The notes under the pieces: generated by a model
Database searches by the model: none
What the model saw: the letters and a program-made list of their open reading frames with translations, nothing else
Told to the model about the DNA's origin: nothing
Virus record (IMG/VR): IMGVR_UViG_2617271085_000020
Coordinates: 1 to 14,800 of that record
DNA length: 14,800 nt
Reading direction: 5' to 3' (one strand)
Source: a virus
Taxonomy: Duplodnaviria; Heunggongvirae; Uroviricota; Caudoviricetes
Position numbers and translations under genes: made by a program
In this document: positions 1 through 6,229 of the stretch, one piece after another
Numbering within the stretch: position 1 is the stretch's first letter
How the letters are laid out: each line of letters begins with the position of its first letter

Positions 1-275
1 GTTAAGCGAGATTTTGTGCCTGGCAGGCCATTGGGTTGAGAATATTAGAGTATTGGAAGCGCATTATAAGTTCATTCCTGCTCACAGTGAAATCAGATGT
101 GTACGAAATCACATTTTTTGCCTTTGGCTTGAGTGTAGACCTTAAGCGAGGAGCAGGATCTTCTTTCAGACTTATGGCATAATGCGCGGTTTGTCATATC
201 TCTTTTCAGGATACGCCTGTGTTAGTTTCCAGTAACGTCACAATATAGTTTCAAAGCAACTAATTTTGCTGTGAA

Positions 276-306
276 TTTAGAGTTGGTTTGAAAGTGATGG
301 TATTAT
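276..306 (+). promoter_or_regulatory. Putative sigma70-type promoter for the plus-strand cassette: -35-like TTTAGA (276-281), extended -10 TGgTATTAT (298-306)
   Basis: Read directly from the sequence. The 19-nt spacer is longer than optimal, but the extended -10 TG motif could compensate. It lies about 60 nt upstream of the AAAGGAG ribosome-binding site at 368-374. Not verified. Confidence 0.3.
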
Positions 307-380
307 GTTGATAAGACGAATATAAGGTTAGATCCTTCGATTAATTAGCTACAATTTTGAATATACGAAAGGAGCATTTC

Positions 381-827
381 GTGGTTTTTGGGAATAGGCA
401 TCAACCTGATACGGAACCAGAAGAGCCTGTAAGTGTGGGGATACCAACAGCTGTTCCCAAGGGGAATTCTGGACGCAAATCATTCTCAAATCTTCGCAGA
501 GAGCTAACTGATGAGGAGCTTAGCTCTGCTGCGGTACAACGAATGTTGCTTGATGAGATTGAAAGATTAGATGGTGAATGCAATGATTTGCGTGTGATTC
601 GCGATAAGTTTCATACATCCGATAAACTTGTAGGAGTATTAGAAGAAAAATTCAAAACAAAAATTGCTTTGGAAATAATGCATGTGACATGTTTTCTAAT
701 TTCAGGCTCTGCCTTTGGATATGCCACTTCAAACTGGTCAACTCAGCCGACTGCCGCTGTGCTCGCGTTAGCTTTTGGTAGTGTGCTCACTGTCGGGGGG
801 ATAGCTGCAAAGGTGGTCAAGCCATGA
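381..827 (+). CDS. Hypothetical protein with a coiled-coil-like N-terminal part and two C-terminal hydrophobic (transmembrane-like) segments
   Basis: The ORF track gives 357..827 from a TTG. GTG at 381 is in the same frame and is preceded by AAAGGAG (368-374) at 6-nt spacing, so it is the more likely start. The C-terminus (IALEIMHVTCFLISGSAFGYA ... TAAVLALAFGSVLTVGGIAAKVV) is hydrophobic. The stop overlaps the next start (ATGA at 824-827). No family recognised. Confidence 0.45.
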   Translation: MVFGNRHQPDTEPEEPVSVGIPTAVPKGNSGRKSFSNLRRELTDEELSSAAVQRMLLDEIERLDGECNDLRVIRDKFHTSDKLVGVLEEKFKTKIALEIMHVTCFLISGSAFGYATSNWSTQPTAAVLALAFGSVLTVGGIAAKVVKP

Positions 828-1180
828 AAGTTAATATTACAGCAATTCGCGAACCTGGAAACTTAGATAAGGAACGAATTGTCATTCGAGTTGACAGTTC
901 ATGCAATATTGGAGAGTTTATACTGCTACAAACGGGATTTGAGAATGAGTCGGTAAACACTGGTATTTACGAAACATTTTGGTTTCCGGATAAACCTGTT
1001 CGCGCTGGCGATCTTGTTGTCGTATATACAAAAGCAGGAAAAAGTAGTGAAAAGAAAAGTAATGATGCAACATCACATTTTTTCTATATAGGGAAAGCGA
1101 TTCCTATTTGGAATAGAAATGAACAAAGCGCGGTACTTATGCATGCACCTGAGTGGCAAAGTTTTCAGGCTGTGCTTTAG
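824..1180 (+). CDS. Hypothetical 118-aa soluble protein, translationally coupled to the upstream ORF
   Basis: ATG at 824 overlaps the upstream TGA (ATGA). The ORF is complete and ends with TAG at 1178-1180. No recognisable motif. Confidence 0.45.
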   Translation: MKVNITAIREPGNLDKERIVIRVDSSCNIGEFILLQTGFENESVNTGIYETFWFPDKPVRAGDLVVVYTKAGKSSEKKSNDATSHFFYIGKAIPIWNRNEQSAVLMHAPEWQSFQAVL

Positions 1181-1203
1181 TTTTTAAAAAGAAAATAATT
1201 AAT

Positions 1204-1221
1204 GGGCGATTTTAATCGCCC
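1204..1221 (-). terminator. Intrinsic terminator hairpin between the convergent transcription units (GGGCGA-loop-TCGCCC)
   Basis: Perfect GC-rich inverted repeat at 1204-1221. On the minus-strand RNA it is followed by a U-rich tract (AUUAAUUAUUUUCUUUUU) and sits 30 nt downstream of the tape measure stop at 1251. On the plus strand the downstream flank is not U-rich, so it mainly serves the minus-strand operon. Confidence 0.45.
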
Positions 1222-1250
1222 GTATTGCCTGTGAATAACTTGAAGATTAT

Positions 1251-3596
1251 TTACATTTTGCGTCTGTTTCCTGATTGAACAATTGATGTGATAATCTTTT
1301 CTTGCTTCTTGAGTTGTTCAGCAAACCAACGCTGATCAGTCACGTTTCCTTGTACGATTACACGAGCATCAATAGGCTGAGTCTTAGACTCGCTTTGATT
1401 ATTCAAGAAGTCTTTCAAATCTCCGTTAGTTCTCTGATCAACGACTCTTTCACCACCATCAAGCAGCCATGTTCCTTCTCTTGGAATTTCAGAAATGCCA
1501 TCGTGAGCCATACCAGTCATATTCACAGATTTCATGGACATAACTTGTCCTAAAACTTGCGCATAACTTGATGCGGCTAATGCGTATCCCAAAGGACCAG
1601 GATAAGTTGCCATTGCTTTAGTTGCAGATTGATATGCGTTTAACATACCATTTGCGATAGCTGTTCCTTTAGCTACTGCAAACGCAGCTTGAGCGGCTTT
1701 AGAGTTTTCACCCGAAATACCGGAAATAACACCAGCCATGCCTTGAGCAAAACCGTTATACATTCCCATTTTCGTTTGAATTTCCATCATAGCAATATTT
1801 TCAGACTGAACAGAATAAGCCTTGTCTAGTCGTCTTTTTTGCTCTAAAAATTGTTCATGCGACAAAAGTCCAGATTCGTACATTTTCTGATTCTGTTCTC
1901 TGAACCTTTCGAACTGTTGATTTAATGCTTCTTGCTCTAATGCCATTCTTTCTTCATCAGTTGCGAAACCAATTGAATTCAAGTTCTGCATATTCACCTG
2001 ATTAGCATCAATCTCTTTAATTGCTTTCATCTTCTCTTGATGTGCAATTTGGAGATTCTCTAACTGTTCGTTGTATTGCTGTTCTGAAATCAAGTTCTGT
2101 TGACGTTTAATATCCAGTTCTTGCTTTTGAATATCGAACATTTGATTCATCGACTGAGTGATAATGCCAATGTCAGCAGGATTAGCCTTAAGACTGTCGG
2201 AGAATTCTTTTGACGAGTTAATCAATAGAGAATTACGACGTTCTAGGAATTGCTCCTGTGAGATTATCCCTTTGTCTCTTAGTTCTTGAAGCTTTGTTAG
2301 TGCTTGCTGAGTCTGATTAATCTGAGAAGCATATGAACGTCCTTCTTGAGCAATAACCGCAACGTCTAACTGTTTCAGAGATTCAACTGCCTGAGCACGA
2401 TCAGCCATCATTTTGTCATAATCAGCTTTGGCTTTAGCCATTGCAGCTTTACGTTCCCTTTCGGCTTTATCAGCAGCAGATTTTCTTTCACGTTCAGCTT
2501 TATCAGCAGCGTCTTTTTCTTTCTTCGCTTTTTCTTCTAAGACTTTCTGGCGAGCCTTATTTGCCATCGTTTCTTGTTCAGCTAAACGAACTAGCTGATT
2601 AACTTGTTTTTTAAGCAACTTGGCATTTTCTGCAATAAACGCCTGACGCTTTTCAATTTCGATTGCTTCAACAGACTTTCCGATATTCTGCACTTGACCA
2701 GAGGACATACCAGAAGGAGTTATACCCTTTTTGTTATTCTCTCTTAGCCATTTCGCAAAAGACGTTTCACTCCAATCAATACCATCCATCCACTCATAAA
2801 GATTGTTAAATTCACGAACTAATGGACTAGCAGCTTCGACCGTGAATTCATTAGTTGCTTTCTTCAAAGAATTCATGTTTCTTTCATATTCTTTGAATTC
2901 GTCGGCAACGTCTTGAGTAATTGAAACTGTTTGACCTTGAATTGCGTTTAATGCGTCTTGGGTATTAGAAAAATTCTGTAATGTTGAAATCAAATGAGAA
3001 CCATCAGACGCCATTGATTCCATTGCGTTAGTAATTTCAGCAGATGATTTACCAGCGGCTCTTAATTGATAGAACGTGTCGATTAATGCTTTAATACCAC
3101 CTTCGGCATCACCAGCATATTTTGCATAATCTTCAAGTTTTAAACCCCATTCTTCTAAGTCGTCGGCAATACCACCACCGCCAGCTCTCAAAGAATCACC
3201 GAGTTTATCCATTGCGTCTTTGTTTAAATCACCGAATTTCTCAACGTCCATTCCGGTAGCTTTGAACGTTGATTGCAACTGTTGAAGCATTTCAATAGAA
3301 ACGCCAGTTGTTGTGTTAACCTGATTTAATACGTTAACAGTTTCAGCAGCTTTATTAATTGCAGCAAAACCAGCACCTGCAACTAACCCCGCTGCACCCA
3401 ATGCGCGTAACGCAGGGGACATACTTTGAATCGTGCTGAGACCATCGCTGAGACCATTTAGTGGACCTGTGAAATTACTAAAAAGACCCTGAGCGGCTGA
3501 ATCAAGTTTATTCAGTTCGTCCATAGAGTCTTTTACAGCAGTAGACAGTCCTTTATTATCTCCGCGAATCTCAACATCATAACGAGAATTCGCCAT
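1251..3596 (-). CDS. Tail tape measure protein (781 aa)
   Basis: Large, strongly coiled-coil protein (e.g. KAKKEKDAADKAERERKSAADKAERERKAAMAKAK) with Gly/Ala-rich hydrophobic segments near both ends (LRALGAAGLVAGAGFAAI; AFAVAKGTAIANGMLNAYQ ... PGPLGYALAASSYAQVLG). It lies immediately downstream of a G/T chaperone-like ORF pair, with its ATG embedded in TAATAATG at the end of the T ORF. The assignment rests on architecture and context, not on a database hit. Confidence 0.6.
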   Translation of the reverse strand: MANSRYDVEIRGDNKGLSTAVKDSMDELNKLDSAAQGLFSNFTGPLNGLSDGLSTIQSMSPALRALGAAGLVAGAGFAAINKAAETVNVLNQVNTTTGVSIEMLQQLQSTFKATGMDVEKFGDLNKDAMDKLGDSLRAGGGGIADDLEEWGLKLEDYAKYAGDAEGGIKALIDTFYQLRAAGKSSAEITNAMESMASDGSHLISTLQNFSNTQDALNAIQGQTVSITQDVADEFKEYERNMNSLKKATNEFTVEAASPLVREFNNLYEWMDGIDWSETSFAKWLRENNKKGITPSGMSSGQVQNIGKSVEAIEIEKRQAFIAENAKLLKKQVNQLVRLAEQETMANKARQKVLEEKAKKEKDAADKAERERKSAADKAERERKAAMAKAKADYDKMMADRAQAVESLKQLDVAVIAQEGRSYASQINQTQQALTKLQELRDKGIISQEQFLERRNSLLINSSKEFSDSLKANPADIGIITQSMNQMFDIQKQELDIKRQQNLISEQQYNEQLENLQIAHQEKMKAIKEIDANQVNMQNLNSIGFATDEERMALEQEALNQQFERFREQNQKMYESGLLSHEQFLEQKRRLDKAYSVQSENIAMMEIQTKMGMYNGFAQGMAGVISGISGENSKAAQAAFAVAKGTAIANGMLNAYQSATKAMATYPGPLGYALAASSYAQVLGQVMSMKSVNMTGMAHDGISEIPREGTWLLDGGERVVDQRTNGDLKDFLNNQSESKTQPIDARVIVQGNVTDQRWFAEQLKKQEKIITSIVQSGNRRKM
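2448..2510 (-). repeat. Near-tandem 30-nt repeat (two copies, 33-nt period) inside the tape measure gene, encoding AADKAERERK twice
   Basis: Plus-strand copies at 2448-2477 and 2481-2510. The peptide is identical in both copies but three codons differ synonymously (gcc/gct, agg/cgt, cgt/aga). Confidence 0.6.
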
Positions 3597-3598
3597 TA

Positions 3599-3946
3599 TT
3601 ATTTCCTATTTTTAGCTTTTGCTTTCGCAAGAAGTTTCGGGTCGAACATAGATTCCATTTTCTTTCTGTTGGCTTCTGCGGCTTTTTTCTGTTCTTCTTC
3701 CAGTTCTTCAGGAGATTTAAAAACTTTATCCTTGATGAACATGAAATCTTTCAGTTTTAATTTCTTCGAACCTTCTTTTGTAATATTTGGATTATTAGCA
3801 AAAACAGAAAATGCTATATGCGCTTGATGTAAGTCATTTACAGCAGGACCTTGAGGTTCAATGAAAGTTTCATATATCCACAGTTCATAGAAATCCTTAA
3901 TACTCATATCCAGAATTTCACGTTCGGTAAAACCTCTACGCAACAT
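3599..3946 (-). CDS. Tail assembly chaperone T-like ORF, probably expressed as a G-T fusion by -1 frameshift
   Basis: The ORF is in the -1 frame relative to the upstream 98-aa ORF. Its reading frame is open upstream of its own ATG as far as 4093, overlapping the last ~37 codons of the G-like ORF. There is no Shine-Dalgarno sequence in front of its ATG (aaattcagaaccATG). It sits immediately upstream of the tape measure gene and has a basic, Lys-rich C-terminus. Confidence 0.45.
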   Translation of the reverse strand: MLRRGFTEREILDMSIKDFYELWIYETFIEPQGPAVNDLHQAHIAFSVFANNPNITKEGSKKLKLKDFMFIKDKVFKSPEELEEEQKKAAEANRKKMESMFDPKLLAKAKAKNRK

Positions 3947-3981
3947 GGTTCTGAATTTGAATATTTTATAAGGATTCTGCC

Positions 3982-4278
3982 TTAATTCTTTTCCACAGCG
4001 TGAGTTTCTTCTTTCATAACAGAAGCAGCAGAAACAGCAGCAGAAAGTTGAGCGCGAACGGTGGTATAAAGTTGTTTGACTTGTTCGATATTTTCAAAAA
4101 CAGGGGATCCGTCTTCGTTCTCAATGCATTTCAGAATCATATTATCGGTCTGGTCTTCCATAAAAAAGAATTTACCAAATTCTTCAACGGTCATTGCGCG
4201 AACATAAAATTTAAAACCTTTGATTTCTACAACTTCTCGTTTTGCTCCGAGAGCGGCGATCATTTCTTCGAATTTCAT
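3982..4278 (-). CDS. Tail assembly chaperone G-like protein (98 aa)
   Basis: Small acidic ORF directly upstream of the T-like ORF and tape measure gene, preceded by an AGGA ribosome-binding site. This is the canonical G / GT / TMP arrangement of long-tailed phages. Confidence 0.45.
   Translation of the reverse strand: MKFEEMIAALGAKREVVEIKGFKFYVRAMTVEEFGKFFFMEDQTDNMILKCIENEDGSPVFENIEQVKQLYTTVRAQLSAAVSAASVMKEETHAVEKN
3988..3994 (-). promoter_or_regulatory. Candidate -1 ribosomal slip site G GAA AAG near the end of the G-like ORF
   Basis: mRNA reads ...gct gtg gaa aag aat taa. A -1 shift at GAA-AAG would read GGA-AAA and continue in the open T frame. The heptamer is not a canonical X XXY YYZ motif, so the exact site is uncertain; the shift could occur anywhere in 3985-4093. 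Confidence 0.2.
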
Positions 4279-4323
4279 TTCTTAATCCTATAGTTAATTT
4301 AAATGTTTACTTTATTTATGCCG

Positions 4324-4356
4324 AAAAAGGAGCTATCACGAAGATAACTCCTTTTG
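4324..4356 (-). terminator. Stem-loop (8-bp AAAAGGAG/CTCCTTTT stem with inner 4-bp TATC/GATA stem) between the 106-aa gene and the G-like gene; possible terminator or attenuator
   Basis: Inverted repeat read directly from the sequence. The U-run forms part of the stem, so terminator strength is uncertain. It is followed on the minus strand by cATAAATAaag, which resembles but does not match a T4 late promoter (TATAAATA). Confidence 0.3.
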
Positions 4357-4357
4357 A

Positions 4358-4678
4358 TTACTCGATGAATTGGAAGAAATATCCAATCATTCTGAATCCT
4401 TTATGAATATATTCTTGCTGAAAAATACAAACAGCATTTTGTTCAAAGAAAGGACCATTGATTTCTACGATTTCATTATTCTTGAAATGATAACGAGGTT
4501 TCTTTTTCTGAGTGCTAACAATAAAAACGTTTTGGTCGTTTTGAAGATTCCTTTTTATACGAGTTTCTTTCACCAGTTCAAAGCTATAAGGAATAGTCAT
4601 CGACTCTGGATTGTGCTCTTTGATAAAAATAGAATCGAGTTCGTCAACACGATATGTTTCAAAATCATTTAAGTTCAT
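4358..4678 (-). CDS. Hypothetical protein (106 aa from the ATG at 4678)
   Basis: The ORF track begins at 4711, but the ATG at 4678 is preceded by a strong ribosome-binding site (aaAAGGAGAcaaaATG) and avoids overlap with the upstream gene. No family recognised. Confidence 0.5.
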   Translation of the reverse strand: MNLNDFETYRVDELDSIFIKEHNPESMTIPYSFELVKETRIKRNLQNDQNVFIVSTQKKKPRYHFKNNEIVEINGPFFEQNAVCIFQQEYIHKGFRMIGYFFQFIE

Positions 4679-4694
4679 TTTGTCTCCTTTTCTT

Positions 4695-5234
4695 TTATTT
4701 AGTAGCAACACGACGAACCGTTTTTATGATGTCATTACCAATATCAGTCCAAGAACCAATAGATTTCTTACGAGTTTGATGACGTTTGAAAATAGCAATA
4801 ACTCTTTTGTTCTGTTTTTTAACATTTGTCTTAATCAGAATCGTTCTGTTAATACCATCTTTCTTTTGTTTGACTGCCTCTAGGTTTCTACGAGTTTTTA
4901 ATCCTGGAATGTTACCGAACTGGTTAGTCGAACCTCTTACCCCTGTTGGAACATATTTGTTAATCGGACTGTTATCATCTATCAAGTGTGAAAGATAATT
5001 CGCCTGAACGTCTTTGATAAAGATTCTGTTAGTTGTTCCTTCTTTATCAATCTTAAATCTGAACCCAACGGCGTTCTTGGTGAAATTCACAGGTCCTTCA
5101 ACACGTCGATTAATCTTTCGTTGTAACTCAACAGAAGCGAGTTTAGACGCTTTAGTTACTCTTTTAGAGAACTGATCAGATTCTTTTATTCGCCATTTGT
5201 CTAAGTCTTTTTTAACTCCACCAAGTTTCGCCAT
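4695..5234 (-). CDS. Hypothetical highly basic (Lys/Arg-rich) 179-aa protein without cysteine
   Basis: Complete ORF whose start overlaps the stop of the upstream 70-aa ORF at 5234. The composition suggests a nucleic-acid-binding or internal virion protein. No family recognised. Confidence 0.45.
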   Translation of the reverse strand: MAKLGGVKKDLDKWRIKESDQFSKRVTKASKLASVELQRKINRRVEGPVNFTKNAVGFRFKIDKEGTTNRIFIKDVQANYLSHLIDDNSPINKYVPTGVRGSTNQFGNIPGLKTRRNLEAVKQKKDGINRTILIKTNVKKQNKRVIAIFKRHQTRKKSIGSWTDIGNDIIKTVRRVATK

Positions 5235-5446
5235 TACATACTCCCAAATGAAACAATTGCAAAGATATATTTCATAGCTTCATCAAGAGGAACGATAGGA
5301 AGAACTATTCCGAAGAAACTCAATGCACACGGAACAACGATGTAATTATAAACAGCCATTGCAATCATCGCGTAAATGAATTTCTTTTTAAAGTCCCCTG
5401 TCATTGCTGGAAGTTTCTTGAATGCAGCTTTCATTTTTTCAATCAT
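5234..5446 (-). CDS. Small hydrophobic membrane protein (70 aa), holin-like in size and topology
   Basis: Basic N-terminus (MIEKMKAAFKKLPAMTGDFKKK) followed by two to three hydrophobic segments. It overlaps the end of the nuclease gene by 8 nt. It lacks the charged C-terminal tail typical of holins, so the holin call is tentative. Confidence 0.4.
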   Translation of the reverse strand: MIEKMKAAFKKLPAMTGDFKKKFIYAMIAMAVYNYIVVPCALSFFGIVLPIVPLDEAMKYIFAIVSFGSM

Positions 5447-5894
5447 ACTTCACCTTTAAATTTTGTTTGTACAAGTTAATGAGAGATTTTTTATCACCAA
5501 CTGGATTTATGTCCTCTGCTAATAAAGTCTCTTTCATTTGCTTTAACGTCATTTTCGAAAAGCGCTTTGATAGGTCTGTTACAAGTTGAGGATGAATAGG
5601 ATTTTTAGAATTATCTTTTTCGAGATAAGTTACCAATCTTTTTAAAAAATCAATATATTCGATGTGCTTCGCTAAACCTGAATACATGAATTGATGTTTT
5701 AATCTGCCCTCAAGGACGTTTGCCTGTGCGAGTAATAATCCTCGGCATCGTCCAGCTTGAGAACCATCAAGAGCGTGGTCATGGTCTAAATGGGCTTTAT
5801 TAACATCGGTAATTTCTATCCCAGTTAAAGCACATCTTTTATTTTGTTTATCAAAAAGGGTTTTCTTGTAATTATTTATTTCTTTTCGTTTCAC
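5439..5894 (-). CDS. Endonuclease VII-like (T4 gp49 family) junction-resolving nuclease, 151 aa, GTG start
   Basis: The motif KAHLDHDHALDGSQAGRCRGLLLAQANVLEGRLKHQF aligns with the T4 Endo VII catalytic core (ANHLDHDHELNGPKAGKVRGLLCNLCNAAEGQMKHKF, recalled from memory). The downstream ...VTYLEKDNSKNPIHPQLV matches ...LTYLKSDYTQNNIHPNFV. The catalytic Asp/His/His/Asn/Glu positions are conserved. Confidence 0.6.
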   Translation of the reverse strand: MKRKEINNYKKTLFDKQNKRCALTGIEITDVNKAHLDHDHALDGSQAGRCRGLLLAQANVLEGRLKHQFMYSGLAKHIEYIDFLKRLVTYLEKDNSKNPIHPQLVTDLSKRFSKMTLKQMKETLLAEDINPVGDKKSLINLYKQNLKVKYD

Positions 5895-6168
5895 TGTCTA
5901 TCACCGCTAATCGAATTTCGATTTCTCTAATTCGATTGTCTATACTTTTCATATCACCTTTAAACTCCTTAAACGAATCACGAACGTTGGTTAATTCAGT
6001 ATTTGCGTTTGAATCGGTCGCACTATTAAGAGCAACGCTTTTCTCGATTTCAGATAGTCTCTGTTCGATTTTTAAAGCGTCGGCTTCCATTGCGTTCTTT
6101 TGAGACCAAATCCATCCAAAGCCAGCGCATAGCAGTCCCGCGAAAGAAATGATGGCTTCAACACCCAT
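5872..6168 (-). CDS. Membrane-anchored coiled-coil protein (98 aa): one N-terminal transmembrane segment then a coiled coil; possible spanin, holin or antiholin-like protein
   Basis: N-terminus MGVEAIISFAGLLCAGFGWIW is hydrophobic; the remainder is heptad-like and charged (EADALKIEQRLSEIEKS ... IREIEIRLAVIDSE). Preceded by an AAGGAG ribosome-binding site. Function not established. Confidence 0.4.
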   Translation of the reverse strand: MGVEAIISFAGLLCAGFGWIWSQKNAMEADALKIEQRLSEIEKSVALNSATDSNANTELTNVRDSFKEFKGDMKSIDNRIREIEIRLAVIDSETKRNK

Positions 6169-6229
6169 TTTCTTTCTCCTTTTAAGACCTCCATGTCTTA
6201 TTTAGAAAAACGGATTTGGGGGAAAGAAA

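Noticed and set aside
1-356. Possible 3' end of a plus-strand gene entering from the left edge (open frame 2..151), a 9-bp direct repeat TTAAGCGAG at 2-10 and 142-150, and a possible phage/host junction
   Set aside because: The open frame is short and has no start in the window. The repeat is short enough to be chance. Composition does not differ clearly enough from the rest of the window to call a prophage boundary. No integrase or tRNA is present.
4311-4320. T4-type late promoter (TATAAATA) upstream of the G-like gene
   Set aside because: Only an imperfect match (cATAAATA) is present, and I found no perfect TATAAATA upstream of any other gene in the window. This is insufficient to claim T4-like late transcription.
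5234-6168. Calling the 70-aa and 98-aa membrane proteins a holin / spanin lysis cassette
   Set aside because: No endolysin is recognisable nearby. The 70-aa protein lacks a charged C-terminal tail and no lipoprotein (o-spanin) ORF is evident. Kept as a hypothesis only.
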